From the sequence record DRR723986_3159: DNA of 43,231 nt. One strand, 5' to 3'. The translations under genes and the position numbers were made by a program. Within the stretch, counting starts at the first letter, position 1; every line of letters starts with the position of its first letter. The notes under the pieces were generated by a model, which was given only the letters and a program-made list of their open reading frames with translations, was not told where the DNA came from and did not search any database. Positions 27,196-37,507 of this stretch are shown in pieces.

Positions 27196-27224
27196 CTAAT
27201 ACCGGCAGATGCCCTGCTTCGCAA
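27196..27224 (-). promoter_or_regulatory. Putative sigma70 promoter of tRNA-Thr
   Basis: TTGCGA-17 nt-TATTAG followed by a GC-rich discriminator. Confidence 0.6.
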
Positions 27225-27263
27225 GACGCTTTTGCCACCCGGATCAGCCCGCAGCAGGCGCGA

Positions 27264-28706
27264 TCAGTCGTCGTCGGAGGCGTAGTCCAGCGGCGGGCTG
27301 AGCGGACGGTCCGGTGCCTTTGGCGCGTCGAGCCGGGCATCTTCCTCCAGCTCCGGCCCTGGCAGCGCGGGCACGCGGCCTGCTTCCAGTTCGCGGCCAT
27401 AGGATTCGTAGCGTGGGTGCACGAGGTCGCCGACATCGCCGAAAGCATAGACGAGGCGTGCCCAGCCCTGCTTGTCGAAATCGAACGCATTGCCCTTCGG
27501 GTCGATGTCCGACCAGTCCGGTTCGCGCGACGCAGACACGGCCATCCGGCCCCAGCGGGCCGCTTCCGACTGATCGCCATAGCCTTTCAACGCCCGCTCC
27601 ATCAGCAGGCAGAGCCGCGCGGTCGGATTCTCTTCCACAAGCAGCGCCAGCGAGCGGATCGCGCCGACCCAGTCGCCTTTGTCCATGGCGATCTCGGCCA
27701 TCAGGATCTTGCTTTCTCGGTGGTTCGGCTGGGCCGCGATCAGCGCCTGCAGGCGCTGGGCGATATTGGCCTGCGTGTCTTGCGGCACGAGACGGCGGGA
27801 GAGCTGCGCCAGTGCCGGGTGCGGACGCGCTTTCCAGCCAAGTTCCAGAACGCCCTGCGCCGCCTTCGCCTTGCCATCCACCATAAGCGCCTTGGCGCCA
27901 TGGAAGGCTGCGGGCGGGAAGCCCGGCGCGGAGCGGATCGCTTCGGCGAGCGCCTTCTGGGCTTCGCTCTTCCGGTCATGCGGCATACCGACGGCATGGG
28001 CCGTCAGCAGGACGGCGCGGCGGCGGCGCAATCCGTCGCCCCTGATCATGCCCCGGCGTTCGCCGGTCGTGAGCGTATCGAGTGCTTTCTCCCACTCCCC
28101 TTTCGAAACCTGCAGGTCGAACAGGGAATTGAATGGCCAGTCGGCGGAGGATTTGAGGCCGAGGGCCTCGCGGGCGCGAGTCTCTGCCGTCAGCTGGTCG
28201 CCGCGTTCGGAGGCTGCCATGGCAGAGCCGCGCAAGCCGGCAAGCTGGCCGCCCGGCAGGCGGGTCAGCTGGCTCCAGGCCCGTTCAGCCCCGGCCCAGT
28301 CATCATTGGCTTCAGCCGCGCGCGCTTCCAGCAGCAGTTTCAGGCGTTCGTCTTCGGCATGCTTTGCCGCCTTGCGGGCGAGCTTCAGCGCGGCTTCCGC
28401 GTCGCCAGCCTCTGCAGCCAGCAGGCCTTCGGTCAACGCGGCATTCGCCTTGCGCGATTTCGACTGGCGGCGCGACCGGGCGATCCGGCCCGGCAGCACG
28501 AAGATGCCGGAAATGATCCACCAGGCTGCGGCCATGATCCCCGACAGGGCCAGAACCAGCGCCACGGCAGCGCCAGACTTGATAGAAATCTCTTCCGTCC
28601 CGATCGGCACGGTCACCTTTCCGGGGAGCGTATAAGCCCACCAGCCGAAAGCGAGAGCCGCGATCAGCACGATCAGAAGCACGAGGAACACGATGATCCG
28701 GTTCAT
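27264..28706 (-). CDS. hemY: HemY-domain/TPR membrane protein
   Basis: Two N-terminal TM segments, GLLAAEAGD, TPR-like helices; last gene of the hemC-hemD cluster; start MNRIIVF overlaps the upstream stop (ATGA). Confidence 0.82.
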   Translation of the reverse strand: MNRIIVFLVLLIVLIAALAFGWWAYTLPGKVTVPIGTEEISIKSGAAVALVLALSGIMAAAWWIISGIFVLPGRIARSRRQSKSRKANAALTEGLLAAEAGDAEAALKLARKAAKHAEDERLKLLLEARAAEANDDWAGAERAWSQLTRLPGGQLAGLRGSAMAASERGDQLTAETRAREALGLKSSADWPFNSLFDLQVSKGEWEKALDTLTTGERRGMIRGDGLRRRRAVLLTAHAVGMPHDRKSEAQKALAEAIRSAPGFPPAAFHGAKALMVDGKAKAAQGVLELGWKARPHPALAQLSRRLVPQDTQANIAQRLQALIAAQPNHRESKILMAEIAMDKGDWVGAIRSLALLVEENPTARLCLLMERALKGYGDQSEAARWGRMAVSASREPDWSDIDPKGNAFDFDKQGWARLVYAFGDVGDLVHPRYESYGRELEAGRVPALPGPELEEDARLDAPKAPDRPLSPPLDYASDDD

Positions 28707-29866
28707 GGTGTCTTGGCGCCCCCATCCGCCAGGGCGAGGCGCACGGCCTCCAGCGAGTTTTCCAGTGTGATGCGGCGTTTCGCATCGTCGGTCCATCCGG
28801 ACATTGCCGTGCCTGCCGGTCCGTCCAGCCGGCTTGTATAAGATACGGCGTCTTCGAGGTCACCTTTTTCCAGGGCCTCTGAGGCACGCGAGAGAAGCGC
28901 GAACGGGTCTGCGCTCGAGCCATCCGCCTTGCGCACGGTGACCGCGCCACCAAAGAATTTGTTGATCCAGCCCCAGCGCCCGGAGTCTTCTGTGGGCACG
29001 GTGCGCCGCGCGGCATCGGCAGCCGCGCCGAAGCGGTCTTTCAACTCAGCCAATGTCGGCACACCCGCCGTCGCCAGCGGCCCGAGCGCGCGGACATCGT
29101 CCACGGTCGGCAAGGCAGAGCGCAGCGAACGGTAGTCCGACTCAAACGGCTCTCCCCGGCGGGACGCGGCCTCGATGGCAGACAACGCCAGCGCCGCTTC
29201 AGCCACCGAACTGGCAGACGCCGCCTCAGCGCGGGCATCGCTCTGCTCGGTCTGCACGCGGGCCAGCATGTCGGCGAGCGAGCGGCCCTGTTTCGTTTGT
29301 TCGAGCGTGGAATCGCGCAGGGTCTCGATCTCGCGCTCCAGCGCCACAACGCGGGCACTTAGGTCAACTGGCAAGGGCCGGGCCTCCAGCACGTCCAGCC
29401 GATCAGACAGGGCACCCAGCGCACGGGCAAGGTCTTCCGGGGCAACCGTGTCACCGACTTCCACAGATTCGAGAGCATCCAGCCGGGCAATGATGCCCGT
29501 CAGGTCCACCTGCTGGCTGTCACCACCGCCTGTGGGGAGGTTGTCGATCCGGTTTGCCAGTGCATCGATCCCGGCCTTGAGCGCGGCGCGATCGTCCGGC
29601 GCGGACTGCTCCAGCTTGCCGATCCGGTCGTTCAGCGCGGCGACTTCCTCACTTGCATCGCCGAGACCGCTGGGCAGCACCATGTGGGCGCCGATACCGA
29701 TCAGGCCGCCGATTCCGGCCGCCATCATGCTCATCACGCCAGCGCCCAGCCAGCCGGGGCCGCTGCCCGTCTTTGGCGATTTCCCCTCTTCGGGGGCCAG
29801 TTCGAAATCCGCGTCGATCGGTTCGCCCGGGTCGACGGAGCTTTCAGGGATAGAATCGTCTGTCAT
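28703..29866 (-). CDS. Mitofilin/Mic60-like (COG4223) membrane-anchored coiled-coil protein
   Basis: N-terminal TM, coiled coil, G.PF...., GVPTLAEL..RF, ALEKGDL..AV, W...A..R; lies between hemD and hemY. Confidence 0.8.
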   Translation of the reverse strand: MTDDSIPESSVDPGEPIDADFELAPEEGKSPKTGSGPGWLGAGVMSMMAAGIGGLIGIGAHMVLPSGLGDASEEVAALNDRIGKLEQSAPDDRAALKAGIDALANRIDNLPTGGGDSQQVDLTGIIARLDALESVEVGDTVAPEDLARALGALSDRLDVLEARPLPVDLSARVVALEREIETLRDSTLEQTKQGRSLADMLARVQTEQSDARAEAASASSVAEAALALSAIEAASRRGEPFESDYRSLRSALPTVDDVRALGPLATAGVPTLAELKDRFGAAADAARRTVPTEDSGRWGWINKFFGGAVTVRKADGSSADPFALLSRASEALEKGDLEDAVSYTSRLDGPAGTAMSGWTDDAKRRITLENSLEAVRLALADGGAKTP

Positions 29867-29914
29867 TTCGAATCCGGTTTCTACCTGCGCACACTCGCAC
29901 AGGATTCCGGCTGC

Positions 29915-30631
29915 TTAAAGGCCGTCGGCCACAGCAGCGAGCGTGGCGAGCAGCGCATCTTCGTTCGGCGCCTCGGCAACATGGATCGCCGCGACTTCCC
30001 GGCTCTGCAGCGGACGGGCGGCGGCCTCCGAGATCGCCACAACAATGGCCTGATCCAGGTCGCCCGCCGCCCAGGCAAAAGCTGCAGCGCCTTTTGCAGA
30101 ATGGATCAGCACGCAGGCTGGACCGGCTGCCAGCGCCGCCTCGGCCTCAGGCGTCAGGTCTTCGGAAGGCCGGGTTTCGTAGAGGGCGAGGAACTCCGCC
30201 GGGAGACCGCCCTCTTTCAGCCGGGCGACGAGATCGCCTGCGGCCGCCTCGTTCGCAACATGCAGCACGCCTTCCGTCCCTTCCGGCAGGGCGACCAGGA
30301 TATCCGCGGCCAGCGCCGCCGCATCACCTGCGCCTTCATAGACCGCCGCGAACCCGGCCTCCCGCGCAGCGGCGGCTGTGGACGGGCCGACACACCAGGC
30401 CTTGGCCGCCCGCACGGAGCTTGCCTCTGTGAAGAAGCGGACGCCATTGGCGCTGGTAAAGACGAGATGCTGCACGCCGGAAAGATCCGGCATGTCCACA
30501 TCCAGCCGGGCAAGCGACAGCATGGGAGACGCGATCGGTGTTACATCCATTGCCGCCAGCCGGGCCATGGTTTCGGAGGCGCCGGGTTCGGCCCGGGTAA
30601 CGATGACCGGCAGGCTTTTTGAGAGGCTCAC
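29915..30631 (-). CDS. hemD: Uroporphyrinogen-III synthase
   Basis: [35 protein letters not shown] overlap with hemC. Confidence 0.93.
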   Translation of the reverse strand: MSLSKSLPVIVTRAEPGASETMARLAAMDVTPIASPMLSLARLDVDMPDLSGVQHLVFTSANGVRFFTEASSVRAAKAWCVGPSTAAAAREAGFAAVYEGAGDAAALAADILVALPEGTEGVLHVANEAAAGDLVARLKEGGLPAEFLALYETRPSEDLTPEAEAALAAGPACVLIHSAKGAAAFAWAAGDLDQAIVVAISEAAARPLQSREVAAIHVAEAPNEDALLATLAAVADGL

Positions 30632-31584
30632 CAGTCCCCCTCGAAGGCCGGCAGACTGCCGCCTGCCTGCTGGCGGATCTCATTCGCGATGTCCTTGCCG
30701 AGGGCCTGCAACTGTACCTCGGTTGCGCCTTTGCGGCAGGCGCCTTCGGCGCGCCACCGGGCGCTGCCATCCATGGCGAGGACTTCACCGACGAGGTGCC
30801 ATTCCTCGCCCTTGTCAAATGTGTGCGCTGCAATCGGTGTGCGGCAGGATCCATCCAGCGCCAGCAGGAAGGCCCGCTCGATCATCGCGGCGGCGGCCGT
30901 CGGCACATGGTTGAGCTTGTGCAGCACCGCCGCTGTGTCCGCATCGGCATCCTCGCGCATGACCACGCCGACAATGCCCTGGGCCGCTGCCGGCAGCATG
31001 TCGGTCAGCGGGATCGGGGTCGCCACTTCGGGCTGGCCGAGGCGCGTCAGGCCCGCCATGGCCAGATAGGTGGCATCGGCAAGCCCCTCGTCCAGCTTGC
31101 GCATGCGGGTCGCGACATTGCCGCGGAAGGTGACGATTTCGAGGTCCGGCCGCAGTGCGCGGGTCTGCGCTTCGCGGCGGAGCGACGCCGTGCCGACCTT
31201 GGCGCCCTTTGGCAGATCCATCAGGCTCCTGGCATGCGGAGAGAGGAAGCCCTCGCGCGGGTCTTCGCGTTCCGGGAAGGCCGCAAACGCCTGGCCGGGT
31301 TCCAGAACGGACGGCACGTCCTTCAGGCTGTGGACAGTCAGGTCCACCTCGCCGCGGGTCAGCGCCGCATCCAGCTCGCGGGTGAACAGGCCCTTGCCGC
31401 CGGAATTGATCAGGCGCTCGGTCGTCAGCTGGTCACCTGATGTGGTGAAGGTGACGATCTCACCCTTCATGGCGCCATCGGAGGCGGCTTCGATTCCGGC
31501 TGCGATCTGATTTGCCTGAATCAGGGCCAGCGGCGAACCACGTGTCCCGATCCGGAGCGTTCTGGGGGTATTTGTTTCAGTCAT
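30628..31584 (-). CDS. hemC: Hydroxymethylbilane synthase
   Basis: [52 protein letters not shown]. Confidence 0.97.
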   Translation of the reverse strand: MTETNTPRTLRIGTRGSPLALIQANQIAAGIEAASDGAMKGEIVTFTTSGDQLTTERLINSGGKGLFTRELDAALTRGEVDLTVHSLKDVPSVLEPGQAFAAFPEREDPREGFLSPHARSLMDLPKGAKVGTASLRREAQTRALRPDLEIVTFRGNVATRMRKLDEGLADATYLAMAGLTRLGQPEVATPIPLTDMLPAAAQGIVGVVMREDADADTAAVLHKLNHVPTAAAAMIERAFLLALDGSCRTPIAAHTFDKGEEWHLVGEVLAMDGSARWRAEGACRKGATEVQLQALGKDIANEIRQQAGGSLPAFEGDW

Positions 31585-31689
31585 CTCCCTCCCCTAGCGC
31601 CGGGCGTGCCGCTTGCCAATTGACAGAGCGACGCGGAAGCGGCTACCACACTTTATCGTTTATCGACAAATTCCTTTTCGGAGACTCCT

Positions 31690-33564
31690 ATGATCAAACC
31701 TGCCGTGTCAGCGCTCGCGCTGGCTCTCGCGCTCGCTGCCTGCGGAAACCCCGCCGAAACGACCGCTCCGCCCGCCGCCACTGAGCTGACCGCCGACCAG
31801 AAGGCCGAGGTCAGCAAGGAACTGAACGAGTGGTTCGATGTGAAGTTCGAGGAGGCGCTGCAGGAAAGCCCGATCACCATGACCTTCCTCGGCCGGAAGG
31901 ACCTGAACGACCAGATCGACTGTTTCACCTTCGCCTGCGCCGATGAACAGCTGGCCCGCCAGAAGGCCGCCGTCGAGGAGATGAAGACGAAGTTCAGCTA
32001 TGACGACCTGTCGGACGCCGACAAACTGTCCTGGGACCTCTTCGAATACCAGTATAACCAGGCCGCAGAAGCTGCGAAGTTCCGTTACAATGGCTTTGTC
32101 TATGACCAGATGAACGGCCCGCAGGGCTTCATCCCGCAATTCCTGATCAGCTTCCATCAGGTCGACAATGCCGACGACATGCGCGCCTATGTGTCCCGGA
32201 TCCGCGAATCCGCGCGTGCGCTGAACGAGGGGACGGACGTCGCCCGCGAGAGCGCCGAACATGGCACCCACGCGCCGAAATTCGCTTATGAAGGCGTGAT
32301 CGACCAGTCGAAGAAAGTCATCACCGGCGCGCCGTTCACCGACGGCGAAGACAGCGATCTGATGGCAGACGTGAAATCCGAACTCGCCACGCTGGTCGAG
32401 AATGGCGAGCTGACCCAGGAAGAGTCCGACGTGATCCTCGCCGATGCGACCGATGCGATGACAAACGAGTTCCTCGACGCCTTCGAGAACATCATCGCGT
32501 TCGCGACCGAGGACATGGCCAATTCACCGGATTCCTCGCAGCCCGTCGGGGCCTTCCTTCAGCCGGACGGCGAGGCCTATTACAATGAGCGCCTCGCCAA
32601 CAACACGACCACGTCGATGACTGCTGACGAGATCCACCAGATCGGCCTTGCCGAAGTGGACCGCCTGCATGGCGAGATGGAAGCCATCAAGAACAAGGTC
32701 GGCTTCGAGGGCACGCTGAAGGAATTCTTCGCTTTCCAGCGCGACTCCAAGGACGATGAACGCTTCTACTATCCGGACACGGATGAGGGCCGCCAGGCCT
32801 ATATCGACGACGCCACGGCGAAGATCGAGAATATCAAGGCCAAGCTGCCGGATTTCTTCGGCATCCTGCCAAAGGCAGACCTCGTCGTGAAGCGCGTCGA
32901 GGCCTTCCGTGAGCAGCCGGGCGCAGCCCAGCACTACTTCCCGGGCACGCCGGACGGCTCGCGCCCCGGCGTCTATTACGCCCACCTCTCGGACATGAAA
33001 TCCATGCCGAAGGGCGAGCTGGAAGTGATCGCCTATCACGAAGGCATTCCCGGCCACCACATGCAGATCTCGATCGCGCAGGAGCTGACCGGCGTTCCGA
33101 AGTTCCGGACCCAGATCAACTTCACCGCCTATGCCGAAGGCTGGGGCCTCTATTCCGAATGGCTCGCCACGGAATTCCCGGGCACCTATGAGGATCCCTA
33201 TTCCGACTTCGGCCGTCTCGGCTCCGAGATCTGGCGCGCCATCCGTCTCGTTGTGGACACCGGCCTGCACTCCAAAGGCTGGACCGAGGAACAGGCCGTC
33301 CAGTACTTCCTAGACAATTCGGCCATCACCGAAGGCCAGGCCCGCTCGGAGGTCCAGCGTTACATCGTGATACCGGGCCAGGCGACGGCCTACAAGATCG
33401 GCATGATCAAGATCCAGGACCTGCGCAAGCACGCCGAGGAAGAGCTGGGCGACAAGTTCGACATCCGCGCCTTCCACGACACCGTGCTCGGCGGCGGCGC
33501 CATGCCGCTGGAACTGCTGGAGCGCCGCGTCGACCAGTGGATCGAGGAAGTGAAGGCCGCTTAA
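31690..33564 (+). CDS. DUF885 family lipoprotein
   Basis: Lipobox LAAC; HEGIPGHHMQ, AYAEGWGLYSE, RLVVDTGLH, PGQATAYKIG, FDIRAFHD. Confidence 0.92.
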   Translation: MIKPAVSALALALALAACGNPAETTAPPAATELTADQKAEVSKELNEWFDVKFEEALQESPITMTFLGRKDLNDQIDCFTFACADEQLARQKAAVEEMKTKFSYDDLSDADKLSWDLFEYQYNQAAEAAKFRYNGFVYDQMNGPQGFIPQFLISFHQVDNADDMRAYVSRIRESARALNEGTDVARESAEHGTHAPKFAYEGVIDQSKKVITGAPFTDGEDSDLMADVKSELATLVENGELTQEESDVILADATDAMTNEFLDAFENIIAFATEDMANSPDSSQPVGAFLQPDGEAYYNERLANNTTTSMTADEIHQIGLAEVDRLHGEMEAIKNKVGFEGTLKEFFAFQRDSKDDERFYYPDTDEGRQAYIDDATAKIENIKAKLPDFFGILPKADLVVKRVEAFREQPGAAQHYFPGTPDGSRPGVYYAHLSDMKSMPKGELEVIAYHEGIPGHHMQISIAQELTGVPKFRTQINFTAYAEGWGLYSEWLATEFPGTYEDPYSDFGRLGSEIWRAIRLVVDTGLHSKGWTEEQAVQYFLDNSAITEGQARSEVQRYIVIPGQATAYKIGMIKIQDLRKHAEEELGDKFDIRAFHDTVLGGGAMPLELLERRVDQWIEEVKAA

Positions 33565-33597
33565 GGCCAGCAAATATTCGCAAACAAGGCGACGTCG

Positions 33598-33628
33598 GGG
33601 CAGGGCTTGTCATGGACAGGCCCTGCCC
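33598..33628. other. GC-rich hairpin between DUF885 and the acyl-CoA dehydrogenase gene
   Basis: GGGCAGGGCTTGTC-atg-GACAGGCCCTGCCC, 14-bp stem with one G-U and no adjacent U-tract. Confidence 0.6.
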
Positions 33629-33661
33629 TACGCTTTTGGGGTGATCGCTACGGAGCCAAAA

Positions 33662-34846
33662 ATGGACCTCGCCTTCAGCCCCGAGATCGAAGCCTTCCGC
33701 AAAAAAGTGCGGAACTGGTTCGAAACCGATTTCCCGGAAGACATCATCCGGAAATACAAGGCCGGCCTGCCGCTGACGACGGCGGAAGTGCGCCGGTCCG
33801 AAATGGCCCTCGGCAAGAAGGGCTGGCTCGCCACGGCCTGGCCGGAGGAATATGGCGGACCCGGCTGGGGGATCGAAGAACAATACGTTTTCGACGAGGA
33901 GCTTGAACGCGCCGGTGTGCCGACGGTCACGCCCATGGGCGTAATCTATGTCGGCCCGGTGATCTACACCTTCGGCTCGGAAGAACAGAAAGCGCGCTGG
34001 CTGCCCGGCATCCGCGACGGATCGGTGGGCTGGGCGCAGGGCTATTCCGAGCCCGGCGCAGGGTCTGACCTCGCCTCCCTCCAGTTCAGTGCGAAGCTGG
34101 AAGACGGCACCTACACGCTGAACGGCCATAAGATCTGGACCTCTGCGGCCCAGCATGCCGACTGGATCTTCCTGCTGGCCCGCACCTCGCAGGAAGAGAA
34201 GAAACAGCAGGGCATCAGCTTCATCTGCTGCCCGATCGATGCGCCGGGCGTGACGGTGAAGCCGATCATCACGATCGACGGCAATCATGTCCTGAACGAG
34301 GTCTTCTTTGAGGATGTGAAAGTGCCCGAAGACAATCGCATCGGCGAAGCGGGCCAGGGCTGGACCTATTCGCAATACCTGCTCGGCTTCGAACGCACGT
34401 CTTATGCCCGTATCGGCGGCAAGCGCGCCATGCTGCGCCATATCCGCGACGTGGCCATGTCCACGCCGGACGGTAGCGGTGACCGCCTGATCGACGATGA
34501 AGGCTTTGCCCGCCGCCTGACCGAGGCGGAGATGGCGGTCGACGGGCTGGAGATGACAGTGTTCCGCGTTCTCTCTGCGGCCGCTCAAGGCGGGTCCCCG
34601 GGCGATGCGGCCTCAACGGTCAAGATCCTCGCCACGACGACCCACCAGCAAATCACCGAACTGATGGTCGATGCGGCCGGTGCCTATGCCCAGCCGCATT
34701 TCAGTTTCTGGGTCGGCCAGAACGAACCGGGCGGCTCGCCGGGGCGCGACATGGCGACCTATTTTGCGGGGCGCGCCCAGTCCATCTATGGCGGCACGAA
34801 CGAGATCCAGCGGACAATCATTGCACGGAAAGTGCTGGGGCTTTGA
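33662..34846 (+). CDS. Acyl-CoA dehydrogenase (PimC/FadE26-like)
   Basis: WPEEYGGPG, QGYSEPGAGSDLASL, NGHKIWTS, NEVFFEDV, LGFER, SIYGGTNEIQR; start at MDLAFS behind GGAG. Confidence 0.93.
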   Translation: MDLAFSPEIEAFRKKVRNWFETDFPEDIIRKYKAGLPLTTAEVRRSEMALGKKGWLATAWPEEYGGPGWGIEEQYVFDEELERAGVPTVTPMGVIYVGPVIYTFGSEEQKARWLPGIRDGSVGWAQGYSEPGAGSDLASLQFSAKLEDGTYTLNGHKIWTSAAQHADWIFLLARTSQEEKKQQGISFICCPIDAPGVTVKPIITIDGNHVLNEVFFEDVKVPEDNRIGEAGQGWTYSQYLLGFERTSYARIGGKRAMLRHIRDVAMSTPDGSGDRLIDDEGFARRLTEAEMAVDGLEMTVFRVLSAAAQGGSPGDAASTVKILATTTHQQITELMVDAAGAYAQPHFSFWVGQNEPGGSPGRDMATYFAGRAQSIYGGTNEIQRTIIARKVLGL

Positions 34847-34850
34847 GACG

Positions 34851-35081
34851 TCAGAAATCGTAGGCGATGCCTTTTCTTTCCCAGTCCCCATACCGGGTCG
34901 GCTCGATGCTTCTTGGCCCGCCATGCTCATCTTCCGGCAGGGCGGCGGCATCGGCGGCCTCTTTGGCCTTGCGCGCATCGGCCTCTTCCAGCGCGCGGCG
35001 CGCCGCTTCCGGCAACGCCTTGCGGCGCTCGATTTCCTCCTCCGTCAGCGCAGGGATTACAGCTTTGTCATCGCTGGCCAT
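34851..35081 (-). CDS. DUF1674 protein (SDHAF4/Sdh8-like)
   Basis: AARRALEEA..R...E.GGP...EPTRYGDWERKG...DF. Confidence 0.9.
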   Translation of the reverse strand: MASDDKAVIPALTEEEIERRKALPEAARRALEEADARKAKEAADAAALPEDEHGGPRSIEPTRYGDWERKGIAYDF

Positions 35082-35183
35082 GAAGACTCCTCTTTTCGTT
35101 AACGCTCGCCATATAGGTGTGGCGGCTGGGGAGTGCTAACGCACCGCGTACATACGCGGAGAAACGACTGGAGTTAAGGCCCG

Positions 35184-36083
35184 ATGGGCACGTTGAAAAC
35201 TTTCATCCTTCTCGCGGCAATGACCGCGCTCTTCATGGGCGTTGGCTATCTGATCGGCGGCGTACCCGGCATGGCCGTCGCCTTCTTAGTGGCGGCCGCG
35301 ATGAATATTTTCTCCTACTGGAATTCCGACAAGATTGTCCTGTCGATGCAGGGCGCGAAAGAGATCGACCCGAAGACCGCCTCCCCCATGCTGCGGACCT
35401 TCGCCAATGACGTCGCCATCATGGCCGACCGCGCCGGCCTGCCGCCACCGCGCGTCTACATTATCGAGACACCCCAGCCGAACGCTTTCGCCACCGGCCG
35501 CGACCCGCAGCATGCAGCCGTCTGCGCCACGACCGGCCTGCTCGGCATGCTGAACCGGGATGAAGTGCGCGGCGTGATGGCGCACGAACTTGCCCACGTA
35601 AAACACCGCGACACGCTGACCATGACCGTCACCGCCACGATTGCCGGTGCCATCGGCATGCTGGCGAACTTCGCCCTCTTCTTTGGGCGCGAGCGCACGG
35701 GCCTGATCGGCTCCATCGCGATTATGATCTTTGCGCCGCTGGCCGCCGGTCTCGTCCAGATGGCGATCTCCCGCTCGCGCGAATATGAAGCCGACCGGAT
35801 GGGCGCGGAAATCTGCGGCAACCCGCTCTGGCTCGCTTCTGCCCTCGCAAAGATCGAGCGCGGCGCGCGCTCCACGATCAATGTCGCCGCCGAACGCAAC
35901 CCGGCCATGGCGCACATGTATATCGCGAACCCGCTGAACGGGCGTGGGGCGGACAATCTCTTCTCGACCCACCCGGCCACCGCCAACCGGATCGAGGCCC
36001 TGCGCCGTCTGGCCGCCGACATGGGCGTGACCGCGCCGCAGGCCTCCCCGGCCATGCGCCGCGAAGCTGGCCCCTGGGGCTGA
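35184..36083 (+). CDS. htpX: Zinc metalloprotease HtpX
   Basis: [17 protein letters not shown] (HExxH), [16 protein letters not shown]. Confidence 0.96.
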   Translation: MGTLKTFILLAAMTALFMGVGYLIGGVPGMAVAFLVAAAMNIFSYWNSDKIVLSMQGAKEIDPKTASPMLRTFANDVAIMADRAGLPPPRVYIIETPQPNAFATGRDPQHAAVCATTGLLGMLNRDEVRGVMAHELAHVKHRDTLTMTVTATIAGAIGMLANFALFFGRERTGLIGSIAIMIFAPLAAGLVQMAISRSREYEADRMGAEICGNPLWLASALAKIERGARSTINVAAERNPAMAHMYIANPLNGRGADNLFSTHPATANRIEALRRLAADMGVTAPQASPAMRREAGPWG

Positions 36084-36093
36084 GGAGAAGAAC

Positions 36094-37416
36094 ATGAGCG
36101 GCGCACTGGTGCGGCGGGCTGCCGCCGATCTCCTGTTCCTGACCCTCGAAAAGCGCCGCACGCTGGACCAGGCCATGGCCGAGTCCCCGCCCTTCAACGA
36201 CCTTGACGGGCCGGACCGCGGCTTTGCCCGCGCCATCGCCTCCGCCGCCCTGCGCGAGCTTGGCCGGATCGACATGGCCCTCGCCCCCCTCCTCTCCCGT
36301 CCGCTGCAGGCCGCGAGCCCGGCCATTCGTGCGCTGCTGCGTGTGGGTGCCGTCCAGCTCTGGCGGATGGATGTGCCGGAACATGCCGCGGTCTCGGAAA
36401 CCGTCGAAGCGGCAAAGGACTGGCCGGATGCCCGCTCGGGCGGCGCCTTTCTGAACGCCGTGCTGCGCCGTGCCGCCGCCGAACGCCCGGACCTGGACGC
36501 CCTGCCGCTCACCGCGATCTGGCCAGACTGGCTGGCCGCAGCCTTCGAGGAAAGCGTCGGGGTCGATGGCGCCGCCGCACTCGCCGCCGCTCAGCTTGGT
36601 GAACCCGGCATTTACCTCACCGCGAAGGCCAGCGCCGCCGCCGTCGCCGAAGTGACTGGCGGGGAGCTGCTGGGCAACGGTTCGGTCCGCGCGCCGGGCG
36701 GGCCGGTCGAGACCTTGGCGGAGTATGGTAGCGGAGACTGGTGGGTGCAGGACCCGGCCGCCGCCCTGCCCGCAAAACTGCTCATGGCATGCGCATCTGG
36801 TGATCCGGACAAGTCCGATATGGTCATGGGTAAGTCGTCCGAAGTCACGGCGATTGACCTCTGCGCGGCCCCCGGCGGCAAGACGCTGCAGCTCTGCGCG
36901 GCGGGTTTCGATGTCATCGCCGTCGACCGGTCGAAGCCGCGCCTGAAACGGCTGGAAGAGAACCTCGCCCGCACCGGGCTTTCTGCTGAGATTATTGCAG
37001 CAGACGCCGAAACCTGGCGCCCGGAGACGCCTGCCGACCTGCTGCTGCTGGACGCGCCCTGTTCGGCCCTCGGGACCCTCCGCCGTCACCCGGAAGGCGC
37101 CTGGATCAAGCGCCCGGACGACATCGCCCGCTTCCCGGATGTGCAGTACCGGCTACTGAAAGCAGCAACCGGGATGGTCCGCCCCGGCGGCACGATCCTC
37201 TATTGCGTCTGTACCCCGCTGAAGGCCGAAGGCGTCGATGTCGTGGACCGCGCCATCGCCGAAGGCCTCGTCATCCGCCTGCCCGTGACGCCGGAAGAGG
37301 CACCGGGATTTGAAGCCTGCGTGACCGATCAGGGCGATCTCGTCACCCTTCCGGCGACAAATTCCGAACATGACGCATTCTTCATGTCACGGCTCACCCC
37401 TGCACCGCTAAAGTAG
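36094..37416 (+). CDS. rsmB: RsmB/NOP-family RNA cytosine-C5 methyltransferase with an N-terminal NusB-like domain
   Basis: FLNAVLRR, WWVQD, DLCAAPGGKT, LLDAPCS.LGTLRRHP, YCVCT. Confidence 0.85.
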   Translation: MSGALVRRAAADLLFLTLEKRRTLDQAMAESPPFNDLDGPDRGFARAIASAALRELGRIDMALAPLLSRPLQAASPAIRALLRVGAVQLWRMDVPEHAAVSETVEAAKDWPDARSGGAFLNAVLRRAAAERPDLDALPLTAIWPDWLAAAFEESVGVDGAAALAAAQLGEPGIYLTAKASAAAVAEVTGGELLGNGSVRAPGGPVETLAEYGSGDWWVQDPAAALPAKLLMACASGDPDKSDMVMGKSSEVTAIDLCAAPGGKTLQLCAAGFDVIAVDRSKPRLKRLEENLARTGLSAEIIAADAETWRPETPADLLLLDAPCSALGTLRRHPEGAWIKRPDDIARFPDVQYRLLKAATGMVRPGGTILYCVCTPLKAEGVDVVDRAIAEGLVIRLPVTPEEAPGFEACVTDQGDLVTLPATNSEHDAFFMSRLTPAPLK

Positions 37417-37507
37417 GCTAACGCCCTGAAATTGCCGCTGAAGGTTCATCTGCCATTCAGCGAATACATGCCAGAAAGTCCCCATACATTGTGCAGGGAG
37501 CACTAAA

